In this document: positions 10,392 to 18,707 of the stretch, one piece after another
Numbering within the stretch: the first letter of the stretch is position 1
Layout of the letters: each line of letters begins with the position of its first letter
Assembly (NCBI GenBank): GCA_024276275.1
Contig: JAJRXM010000020.1
Coordinates: 3,231-67,230 of the forward strand
Source: Candidatus Zixiibacteriota bacterium
Lineage (GTDB): Bacteria; Zixibacteria; MSB-5A5; GN15; FEB-12
Reading direction: 5' to 3'
DNA: 64,000 nucleotides
Notes under the pieces: model-generated
Databases searched by the model: none
Told to the model about the DNA's origin: nothing
What the model saw: only the letters and a program-made list of their open reading frames with translations
Program-made: the position numbers and the translations under genes

Positions 10392-12686
10392 CTAATTAAA
10401 TAATGTTTTTTTAAACATTCTGGTTAAGGACGGAAGCAATAGCATTGTTACTAAGCCCGAGACAATCATTATTGCGAAGAAAAAAGCTCCGACAGTTATA
10501 TATGGTACCAATGTTGAAAACAACATAGGAAGAAATCCTATTGCTATTACCATTACATTTCGAGAGATTGCTCTGCCGGTACCTTCAAATATTTCATGAT
10601 ATGAATCATTAAAGTTTTTAGTTCGTTTATGGATAACCCGAAGTCGTTGTATGAAATGTATCGCAAAGTCAATAGAGAGTCCAAGCGTAAGTGACGAAAG
10701 AACCGCAACCGGCATATCATACGGTTTGCCGATATATCCTATAAAGGCATAAATAGCCATGACCGTAATGGTGAGCGGCAGCATTGAGAAAAATCCCCAT
10801 TTAAATGAACGGAATAAAAATACCATCATGATAAAGACGACAACAAATGATGATGCCAATGATTTTTGCATACCGGATACCATCTGATTTTGCCATTCAA
10901 TATTTATAAAGGGAAGACCCGCCCATTTTGCGGTGATACCTACCGGTGGTGGATTATCACTTATGAACTGATTACCGCGGTCAACGACGGCAGATACTGC
11001 CATGTTATCACCATTCTTCAATTGTACCCAAAGATTTGCTTTATCATATTCAGGAGTAACAAATTTAAAGAGATCATCAGGATTCCCGCCGGACATTTCA
11101 AACAGGAACAGAAGTTGAGCTATTTCATTGCTGTTATCAGGTATAACCATTTTAGCGGAATCTTCGGAATACAATTCATAACGAATTTTCTTTACAATAT
11201 CAGTAACACCTGTGGTAGAACCGACAGTTTTATCTTTAGCCAATTCTTTTTGCAGGCTTAACATGTAGTTGAGCAGTTCCGGTGACTTCATAGAACCTTC
11301 ATCTTCACCTTCAAAAACTAAGTAGTTCATGTAAGTTCCTGCAAGATGTGAGTTCATAGCATTGTCGGCTATTCGGATAGGGTGAGATTTTTTAAACCAC
11401 TTTACCGGGTTATCATTGACAACTATAAGGGATAAACCGACAGCAGCAACTACGACGACAACAGCAAATGATGATATAATAAGCTTATAATTTTTATGTG
11501 AAAAGTTTCTAAAAGAGTGCATTACCTTAGCAAGCATGCCATGTTGTTCTCCCGTATCTTTACCAAAATTACGGAGAGTTTTATCAGATATTAGCATAGC
11601 AATTGCCGGGTTAATTGTGAGAGATAAGAACCACGCAACTACAATGCCAAAGGCGACAAAAATACCAAAAACACGAACCGGCGGAATCGGGGTAAGAGCA
11701 AGCGAGAGAAATCCGGCAACGGTGGTCATTGAAGTAAAAAGCATAGGTACAAAAAGTTCATTTATGGAATGTCGTATTGTAGCATCTCTATGTTTATATT
11801 TTTTAAAGTTATCATGAAATTCTGAAATAATATGAATAGAGTTCAGAACTGAAATCGGCATTAGAAATATAGGAATCATTGATGACATTATATGAACAGT
11901 ATTACCGGTAAAAATCAGAAGTCCCATTGCCCAAATAACAGACATCATTGCAACAACCATTGGGGCAATAATAATTTTTACCTGTCTAAAAAACAAAAAG
12001 AGAAGCAAAAATATCACTCCCATAGCAGCCGGAGCCGAGACTGCCATCTGCACAAACATTTCAGACCCAAAGGAATCTTCAGCAAGAGGTAATCCTGCTA
12101 CATGATATTCAGCATTGCCCCCCAAACGGTCGGTAATCTCCTTAATCTCAGTATATAAGCGGTGCGATATTTTTTTTGATTCAATAGGGATAAAAATAGC
12201 AACTGCTTTACCGTCATCAGAAGCAATCTTACCACGTAAAATAGGGTTATTCATTATACGCTGATATATATGCTGTGCTTCTTCGTCAGTTTCGATTTCA
12301 TCTTCCATCAAAGGCTCAATAACAATAGAACCGCCTGCTCCCTGTTTTATATCATCAACCATAGAGATTGACATAATATCATCAACTATGACACCGTCAA
12401 GTTCGGCAATTTCTTCAGTTATACGATAAACTCTGTTAAGTTGGTCGGGCGTGAAAGCGGTCGGTTCGGCAACGATACCAACAGCAATAAAGTCGTATAG
12501 ATTAAAATTATCTTTAGTTGCTGCATGAAACAGGCGAGTCGGTTCGTCAGCTTCTAACATGTTTTGAGGGTCGGTATCAATTTTGATTTTTGGAAACTGC
12601 ATTGCAAAAAATGCTGTTATTAAAACAGCAAGACCGATAACAACCCAAGGTCTTTTAATTGAAAACTCTATAATTGCCTTTTTCAT
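10392..12686 (-). CDS. MMPL/RND-superfamily exporter
   Basis: 764 aa. Two repeats of one TM helix, a large soluble loop, then a cluster of about five TM helices, which is the RND/MMPL topology. Confidence 0.8.
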   Translation of the reverse strand: MKKAIIEFSIKRPWVVIGLAVLITAFFAMQFPKIKIDTDPQNMLEADEPTRLFHAATKDNFNLYDFIAVGIVAEPTAFTPDQLNRVYRITEEIAELDGVIVDDIMSISMVDDIKQGAGGSIVIEPLMEDEIETDEEAQHIYQRIMNNPILRGKIASDDGKAVAIFIPIESKKISHRLYTEIKEITDRLGGNAEYHVAGLPLAEDSFGSEMFVQMAVSAPAAMGVIFLLLFLFFRQVKIIIAPMVVAMMSVIWAMGLLIFTGNTVHIMSSMIPIFLMPISVLNSIHIISEFHDNFKKYKHRDATIRHSINELFVPMLFTSMTTVAGFLSLALTPIPPVRVFGIFVAFGIVVAWFLSLTINPAIAMLISDKTLRNFGKDTGEQHGMLAKVMHSFRNFSHKNYKLIISSFAVVVVVAAVGLSLIVVNDNPVKWFKKSHPIRIADNAMNSHLAGTYMNYLVFEGEDEGSMKSPELLNYMLSLQKELAKDKTVGSTTGVTDIVKKIRYELYSEDSAKMVIPDNSNEIAQLLFLFEMSGGNPDDLFKFVTPEYDKANLWVQLKNGDNMAVSAVVDRGNQFISDNPPPVGITAKWAGLPFINIEWQNQMVSGMQKSLASSFVVVFIMMVFLFRSFKWGFFSMLPLTITVMAIYAFIGYIGKPYDMPVAVLSSLTLGLSIDFAIHFIQRLRVIHKRTKNFNDSYHEIFEGTGRAISRNVMVIAIGFLPMLFSTLVPYITVGAFFFAIMIVSGLVTMLLLPSLTRMFKKTLFN

Positions 12687-12748
12687 AAAAAATGAAATCC
12701 TTTCAATTTATTTTTTCTTTTCATTGTTATTTAGACAGAGCCTGCTTG

Positions 12749-12770
12749 TAAATGATGCAAAATATATTAC
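12749..12770 (-). promoter_or_regulatory. Shared upstream motif, copy 1 (candidate ECF-dependent promoter or operator)
   Basis: Minus-strand TATTTTGCATCATTTA is identical to a 16-mer upstream of the sigma gene (20/22 identity with flanks). It lies 63-84 nt upstream of the MMPL ATG. Confidence 0.35.
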
Positions 12771-12871
12771 CGAATGTGTGATAAATCAAATATAACTTTA
12801 TGTCGGGGAAGTATTAAGAAGATATTTACGGTTGTGTTTTAGATTTTAATATGAGCTGAAATTCAGTTATG

Positions 12872-13126
12872 TCAGCCTTGTTTGCCGAATTTCTTGTCCC
12901 ATCGTTCTTTGAGTAAATTATTGAGTTTACTCTCAAGAGATTCCGGGAGATTTATCACTTTGCCTTCACGACAAAGCTTTACTGTTTGACGCATCGTATC
13001 AACCATAATACGGCAATTCTGACACTCACCTAAATGAGCCTCTATTTCAGCACATAATGACGAGTCAATCTCACCATCAAGATAATCATTTAATTCATTT
13101 ATATATTCAAGACATTTTTTGGCCAT
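12872..13126 (-). CDS. Zinc-finger (HxxxCxxC) anti-sigma factor
   Basis: AHLGECQNCRIMV carries the H-x3-C-x2-C ZAS motif. The gene overlaps the 3' end of the ECF sigma gene. Start taken as ATG 13126 (alternative TTG at 13138). Confidence 0.7.
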   Translation of the reverse strand: MAKKCLEYINELNDYLDGEIDSSLCAEIEAHLGECQNCRIMVDTMRQTVKLCREGKVINLPESLESKLNNLLKERWDKKFGKQG

Positions 13127-13649
13127 ACCGCTCCTCAAATCTCTTTGATAAGTTATCTCTGACAGCTAGTTTAGCTCGAAGGACTCTTGATTTTATCGAT
13201 GCTATCGATTCATTTGTCATCTTAGCTATTTCTTTGATAGATAACTCCTCATAATAACGCAAAAGAAAAACTTCTTTAAATTTTATTGGAAGTAGATCTA
13301 TCGCTTGCTGTATAATCTCTTTTAACTCGCTAGCTTCCAGTTGGCTATGAGGATCTTGCCAGTCAAAGAGTTGTATGCTCCTGTTTTGGTGCATATCTTC
13401 ACCCTGTTTTCCGGGCAAATAAGCCTCAATCTCTTGTAAATCAGCCTGTTTGCGTTTTGCCAAAAATGCTCTCGATTGATTTAAAGCTATTGAGTACAAC
13501 CAGGTACCAAATGCAGATTCACCTCGGAATTTTTCAATATTGTCTATTGCCTTTATAAGTGTTTCCGAGACAATATCTTCAGCATCATGCTTGTTGCCTG
13601 TCATCTTCAAAGCCAAAGCATATAACTTTGATTTATTAGACTGAATCAA
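13107..13649 (-). CDS. ECF-type RNA polymerase sigma-70 factor
   Basis: Region 2 (DAEDIVSETLIKAIDNIEKFRGESAFGTWLYSIALN) and region 4 (FLLRYYEELSIKEIAKMTNESIASIKSRVLRAKLAV). The frame stays conserved-looking upstream (DIKLAQSGDFEAFSRL) to ATG 13709, but with TAA at 13697-13695. Confidence 0.85.
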   Translation of the reverse strand: MIQSNKSKLYALALKMTGNKHDAEDIVSETLIKAIDNIEKFRGESAFGTWLYSIALNQSRAFLAKRKQADLQEIEAYLPGKQGEDMHQNRSIQLFDWQDPHSQLEASELKEIIQQAIDLLPIKFKEVFLLRYYEELSIKEIAKMTNESIASIKSRVLRAKLAVRDNLSKRFEERYGQKMS

Positions 13650-13727
13650 TCTGCTAAATGCTTCAAAGTCACCGGACTGAGCTAACTTAATATCTTATTT
13701 TTCATTCATTAGATAAATAGTATAGTA

Positions 13728-13749
13728 TAAATGATGCAAAATAAATAAC
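13728..13749 (-). promoter_or_regulatory. Shared upstream motif, copy 2
   Basis: Same 16-mer TATTTTGCATCATTTA (minus strand), 19-40 nt upstream of ATG 13709 of the sigma reading frame. Confidence 0.35.
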
Positions 13750-13995
13750 ATATTTTTCATTTTTGTTCATTTTTCAACATTTTTATTCATCAAGTGAAAC
13801 GGGCATTTTTTAAGTGGGGGAACTTAGTCTATTTATTTTTCTATTTTGTGAAAAAGATGTTGGAAAATAAAAATTATTTATTACATTATTTTCACTTGTT
13901 GAAACAAAACAGGTAAAAGTTTGTTTAAAGATTACAAGATTTGGATATCCGATTTGATTGACTTCTTGTTCTTCAGCAGTGATATCCAATATTAT

Positions 13996-14041
13996 CCCGT
14001 AACGTTCCCCTCCCCCGTTACGGGAATTTTTTTGCTTTTTT
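13996..14041 (+). terminator. Strong intrinsic terminator directly upstream of a CDS (orphan sRNA end or leader/attenuator)
   Basis: Stem cccgtaacg/cgttacggg (9 bp, 10-nt loop) followed by aatttttttgctttttt. There is no plus-strand gene upstream. The next start codons are at 14049 and 14079. Confidence 0.65.
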
Positions 14042-14078
14042 CTAAATTATGGTTTACTTTCAATTTATGATTTCAAAA

Positions 14079-14612
14079 ATGCATATAACCGGAGCCTCAG
14101 GGTCCGGCACAACCACATTGGGTAAAGCTCTTGCTCAAAAATATAAATTTGTTCAATTAGATTCTGACAACTATTTCTGGCTTCCGACAAATCCGCCATA
14201 TCAGAAGATACGAAAAAATCCTGAACGGCAAGCCTTACTTAATTCAGACATGCTCAAATATCCAAATTGGGTTTCAACCGGTTCGTTATGCAGTTGGAGA
14301 GATTTTGCTTTGCCATATTTTGACTTGGTTATTTTTCTTTTTATACCTCAAGAGTTAAGAATCAAAAGATTAATCGAAAGAGAAAATATTCGCTCACCAG
14401 AGTCATTTATAGAGGGTACTGTTCGGGCAAAACAGTTCAATGAATTTATAGACTGGGCAAAACAATATGATACGGGAGGTCTTGAAGTTCGTTCTTTATA
14501 TATGCATAAGGAATGGCTCAAAAAATTAAGTTGTCCTGTCTTAAACATCGAGGGAGAGCTGACAGTTGATGAATCAGTTAAAATAGTAGAGAATTTTATA
14601 ATAGAATTATAG
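14079..14612 (+). CDS. P-loop NTPase / adenylate-kinase-like small kinase
   Basis: MHITGASGSGTTTLGKALA is a Walker A motif right at the N-terminus. About 177 aa, the size and layout of AAA_18/FlaR-like kinases. Confidence 0.6.
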   Translation: MHITGASGSGTTTLGKALAQKYKFVQLDSDNYFWLPTNPPYQKIRKNPERQALLNSDMLKYPNWVSTGSLCSWRDFALPYFDLVIFLFIPQELRIKRLIERENIRSPESFIEGTVRAKQFNEFIDWAKQYDTGGLEVRSLYMHKEWLKKLSCPVLNIEGELTVDESVKIVENFIIEL

Positions 14613-14786
14613 AAAAATAGATACGGTTCAAGTAGAATAGTAAACAGGTGGAAACAGACCCCGACAACGAATTTACCAATACCTAAAATGCCTATCCTAC
14701 AATTCCCTTGATTTTTTCCTCTATCTAAAGTACTTTCTAACCATATTTTAAACAGACAATAAATATATAATAGAAAACAAAAAAGT

Positions 14787-16976
14787 ATGTCTATATCTAA
14801 GCCGACAGTTTCAACTCCTTATATCAGTACTCAATTGATATTAGTTAGTTTTGTCATGCTTTTTACCGAAATTGCGCTTATTAGGTGGCTTTCTACAGAA
14901 GCACGTATTTTTTCTTATGTAAACAACCTTGTGTTGCTTTCATGTTTTTTGGGAATCGGATTGGGAGCTTTTTATTCCGCCCGAAAAGTGTATCTTTCCC
15001 TTTTAGGTTTTGGTCTGTCTTTGCAGATATTTTTAATTTGGGTACCGATAAGTTTTTCAATTCAAGGACAATCTTTACATCCGTTCCGAGATATTCCTCT
15101 ACTTTTAAGTTCGTTCACAGATTCCGTAATATGGTATGAGTCAGATATTAACCTAACTATCTTCTTAACAGTCTTAGGCATAACTACTACCATGTTCATT
15201 TTTGCTGTCATCTTGTTTACATTCATTCCTCTCGGACAACTTTTAGGAAAACTACTCGATGATCACCCAAATACTATCAAAGCATACTCTTTGAATGTAC
15301 TGGCAAGTATCATCGGTGTTTGGGCATTCAGTATTTGTTCATTTTTATATACACCCTCTTGGTTATGGTTTGCAATTTCTCTGCTAAGTATATCATCAAT
15401 GCTCCTATTTAAGTCTTACCGTTCCAAAAAAATGTATACTTCGCTCGGATTACTTGCCACTATGGTTCTCTTGTTGGCATTCTTTCCGGGTAAAAAAACG
15501 GATTTGTTAAAGACAGTTTGGTCTCCTTATCAAAAGCTGGAACTTTATCCACAGTTTCTTCTGAATAGTGATATTCAACGAGGTTATTTGTTAAATGTAA
15601 ACAACGTCGGCTATATGAGTATGCTTGACCTTTCCGATAGTATCATGCTTGAACATCCGAATGTGTTTAGTATTGACCAAAGAAGTTTTTCCCAGTACGA
15701 CCTTCCATATCTTTTGAAAAAAAATCCTGATAATGTTTTAATCCTTGGTGCCGGAGCCGGAAATGATGCTTCAGGTGCTTTGAGAAACTCAGCAAAATCT
15801 GTCGATGCGGTAGAAATTGATCCCGGTATTTATAAACTTGGAAAAAAATATCATCCCGAACATCCGTACAGTAATCCGAAGGTGCATGTGTATGTTGATG
15901 ATACCCGTTCTTTTTTAAAACGTACCGATAAACAATATGATTTAATTTCTTTCGGTTTGCTTGATGCCCATACACTCTCAAGTTCTTATAACAATATGCG
16001 GATTGATCATTACGTGTACACTTTGGAAAGTTTCTTAGAGGCAAAGTCCCGATTGAAAAAGGACGGTATCCTTACAATTGCCTTTGAAGCAAGACGACCA
16101 TGGATACAACAGAGACTTTTCAATTTGTTAGAAGAAGCATTTGGGATTCCCCCTGAAGTGATTGTGTATCCACACAGTATTTTTGGCTGGGGGGGAAGTA
16201 TGTTTGTCACGGCGATTGATTCTACTACGCTACATTCAGCTCTCAATTCTGACCCGCTTGTAAAGCGTTTTATCTCAATGTATCGAAAAGATAAAAATCA
16301 TGCTCCTCCCGATGAAGATAAAATAAAACTTACCGTTGATGACTGGCCGTATCTCTATCTTGAAAAGCCGTCGATACCGAAACTGCACTTGAGTATAATG
16401 GCGATTCTGGTTATTCTAATTCTAGTCGGTAAAAATGTTGTCTTTAGAAAAGGTGTCCAACTTGATTATCACTTTTTCTTTTTAGGCACAGCATTTCTCC
16501 TGTTGGAATTTCAGAATATCAGCAAATCGTCTCTTTTATTCGGTTCCACCTGGCTGGTAAATTCATTTGTTATTACAGGTATTTTACTTCTTATATTATT
16601 AGCAAATTATGTCGTAGCAACTTGGAAAATTAATAATATTCGTCCGATTTACATTCTGCTTATTGTCTCATCACTGATAATTTATTTCATACCGCTTGAT
16701 ATTTTCAGTGGTCTCAGTTATTGGACCAGGTCTATTGTTGTATCTATAATGCTTAATATCCCTATTTTTTTTGCAGGTATGATATTTATTATATCATTTA
16801 AAAAGACTGAATCCAAAAACCTGGCCTTTGGCTCTAATCTATTTGGGGCTGTAGTCGGGGGAGTCTTAGAGTCGGTATCATTTATAGTGGGGATAAATGC
16901 TTTACTTCTTATAGTTGTCTTAAGTTATCTTTTATCATATCTCTTTATAAAAAAATCAACATCTTTAAGTTCATAA
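14787..16976 (+). CDS. Membrane-embedded spermidine-synthase-like (class I methyltransferase-fold) protein
   Basis: 729 aa. About 7 N-terminal and 5 C-terminal TM helices flank VLILGAGAGNDASGAL...VDAVEIDPGI...YVDDTRSFL...YDLISFGLLD (SpeE-like fold). Confidence 0.7.
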   Translation: MSISKPTVSTPYISTQLILVSFVMLFTEIALIRWLSTEARIFSYVNNLVLLSCFLGIGLGAFYSARKVYLSLLGFGLSLQIFLIWVPISFSIQGQSLHPFRDIPLLLSSFTDSVIWYESDINLTIFLTVLGITTTMFIFAVILFTFIPLGQLLGKLLDDHPNTIKAYSLNVLASIIGVWAFSICSFLYTPSWLWFAISLLSISSMLLFKSYRSKKMYTSLGLLATMVLLLAFFPGKKTDLLKTVWSPYQKLELYPQFLLNSDIQRGYLLNVNNVGYMSMLDLSDSIMLEHPNVFSIDQRSFSQYDLPYLLKKNPDNVLILGAGAGNDASGALRNSAKSVDAVEIDPGIYKLGKKYHPEHPYSNPKVHVYVDDTRSFLKRTDKQYDLISFGLLDAHTLSSSYNNMRIDHYVYTLESFLEAKSRLKKDGILTIAFEARRPWIQQRLFNLLEEAFGIPPEVIVYPHSIFGWGGSMFVTAIDSTTLHSALNSDPLVKRFISMYRKDKNHAPPDEDKIKLTVDDWPYLYLEKPSIPKLHLSIMAILVILILVGKNVVFRKGVQLDYHFFFLGTAFLLLEFQNISKSSLLFGSTWLVNSFVITGILLLILLANYVVATWKINNIRPIYILLIVSSLIIYFIPLDIFSGLSYWTRSIVVSIMLNIPIFFAGMIFIISFKKTESKNLAFGSNLFGAVVGGVLESVSFIVGINALLLIVVLSYLLSYLFIKKSTSLSS

Positions 16977-17005
16977 GTTTTTCTGAAATATTATTCCTTC
17001 TTCTT

Positions 17006-17065
17006 AAAAACAATATCAACATATACCAAATAGTTGCTATCGCCAACACAAAGAAAATCAGAAAA
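17006..17065. repeat. 60-bp direct repeat, copy A (non-coding duplicate of a gene 3' end)
   Basis: 58/60 identical to 17710-17769. Followed immediately by GTAGG at 17066. Confidence 0.85.
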
Positions 17066-17210
17066 GTAGGTTGGGTTCATAACGAACACCGATAGGTGGA
17101 TGCTGTACCCGACAAAAATACCGTCATTGCGAATCCGTCTAGGCGGATAGGGAGTGTGGCACACTCATGTTTAAAATTGACAAACATATAAAGTCTTTCG
17201 TATTTACAAT

Positions 17211-17588
17211 ATGAGAAAACAATATCACTTCCAACCATCTGAAAAGGGGTTTTACGCTTGGGATGTTGACCGTTTGGTTGAGCTCAGTAAAGACTTACCT
17301 ATTATCGAAATAGATATTTCTGGTATTAAAGAATTAGATGAAGCTTTCTGGTATGGCGATAAAAATGATATACCAACTTGCCGTTCAATAGTAAGTCATG
17401 TCAGATTAATAAATGATTCAAGTTTAGATTACCCCATTATTTTATCTGCTGAAAATTTTGTAATGGATGGAATGCATCGCGTATGTAAAGCATTATTAAA
17501 TAATATCTCAAAAATAAAAGCAGTCAAATTCAAAACAACTCCTTCACCTGATTATAAAGATGTTCGTCCTGATGATTTACAGTATTAA
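17211..17588 (+). CDS. Small ParB/sulfiredoxin-fold domain protein
   Basis: 125 aa. ILSAENFVMDGMHRVCKALL contains the DGxHR motif of ParB N-terminal-domain proteins. Confidence 0.5.
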   Translation: MRKQYHFQPSEKGFYAWDVDRLVELSKDLPIIEIDISGIKELDEAFWYGDKNDIPTCRSIVSHVRLINDSSLDYPIILSAENFVMDGMHRVCKALLNNISKIKAVKFKTTPSPDYKDVRPDDLQY

Positions 17589-17600
17589 CTTATATACAAA

Positions 17601-17628
17601 ACGGAACCGTTAAAAGATTCCGTCCTAC
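17601..17628 (-). repeat. REP-like element (GTAGG + hairpin)
   Basis: Minus strand GTAGG (17628-17624), then stem acggaa/ttccgt. Confidence 0.3.
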
Positions 17629-17693
17629 TTAACTTGCTTGTTTCACTACATATGAACAGACAGGAATGTCTGTTCTGCCGAGTGGTTTGATGT

Positions 17694-18707
17694 TTACTTC
17701 TGTTTTCCAAAAAACAATTTCAACATATACCAAATAGTTGCTATCGCCAGCACAAAGAAAATCAGAAAAATCACAAACGGTGACCATTGCGGATTAACTG
17801 CCATCGTAGACGGATCATGAAAATCAATCAATGCCAGTTTCCGTACTATATGTCGGATGGTTACCATCGAAACAAATGAGACAGCAAGCATAATGCTTGA
17901 AACAGTAAATTTCTTTTTAAAGAGGAAATACAAAGAACCTAAAGAAAGTACAAGAGAGACTAAAACAAGCCATATCGCCGGTGATTTCATAAACGGTTTC
18001 ATAAGTTCACCCAGCCCCATCATGTATACCAACCCGGTAGCAATCGAGGCAACCATTCCCCACAGATAAAACTGTTTTCCAACCGCAAATGCTGGCTCGT
18101 TTTTTCGTCCAAAGAGTGCAACAAAAAATCCACCGACAGTAACCGCACCGGTAAGCATGTGTAGCCACCGAAAGAGATACGAGTTTAAATCCGGATTTAT
18201 AATCGTCCCACCTTGGTTCTGTGCATAGAGCAGTTTATACAAATCAGGTTTTTCTGCCAATGCAAACACCGATGTATATATATAGGAAACATATAACAAA
18301 CAGACAAAAGCAATAGATAGATATATCTTTTGTCTGCTGTCAGTTTTTTTAGAAAAAGCAGATGCATACAATGCATAGTATGCGATAATTACAACTGCAA
18401 CGACAAGAAGCCAGTACCACCCCGAAACAATTGCTGATGAATAAATCTGTTGAGGATAGACGAGCTGCACAAACAAAAGAGGAGCCACACCAAATGAAAC
18501 AGTCATAGCCATCGCATTCGGAAAGAGCTTGATAAACTTTTCTACAATTGGATTATTCCATTTATCTTCAAATTTTCCAAAGAGTAAAATTATAATTCCA
18601 CCGAACATAAAGTTCATCGAAATCAAATGAAGTGATAATGTTACAATACTGAGAGTATCAATTATCCACAAAGGAACCGAAAGAAAATTAGAATCAGGAA
18701 GCATCAT
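17694..18707 (-). CDS. Polytopic membrane protein, probable partner subunit of the bd-like/cytochrome c protein
   Basis: 337 aa, about 9 TM helices. Its start overlaps the upstream stop (ATGA at 18704-18707). No motif I can name. Confidence 0.5.
   Translation of the reverse strand: MMLPDSNFLSVPLWIIDTLSIVTLSLHLISMNFMFGGIIILLFGKFEDKWNNPIVEKFIKLFPNAMAMTVSFGVAPLLFVQLVYPQQIYSSAIVSGWYWLLVVAVVIIAYYALYASAFSKKTDSRQKIYLSIAFVCLLYVSYIYTSVFALAEKPDLYKLLYAQNQGGTIINPDLNSYLFRWLHMLTGAVTVGGFFVALFGRKNEPAFAVGKQFYLWGMVASIATGLVYMMGLGELMKPFMKSPAIWLVLVSLVLSLGSLYFLFKKKFTVSSIMLAVSFVSMVTIRHIVRKLALIDFHDPSTMAVNPQWSPFVIFLIFFVLAIATIWYMLKLFFGKQK
17710..17769. repeat. 60-bp direct repeat, copy B (encodes the C-terminal helix of the 337-aa membrane protein)
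   Basis: On the reverse strand this copy encodes ...FLIFFVLAIATIWYMLKLFF. Confidence 0.85.
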
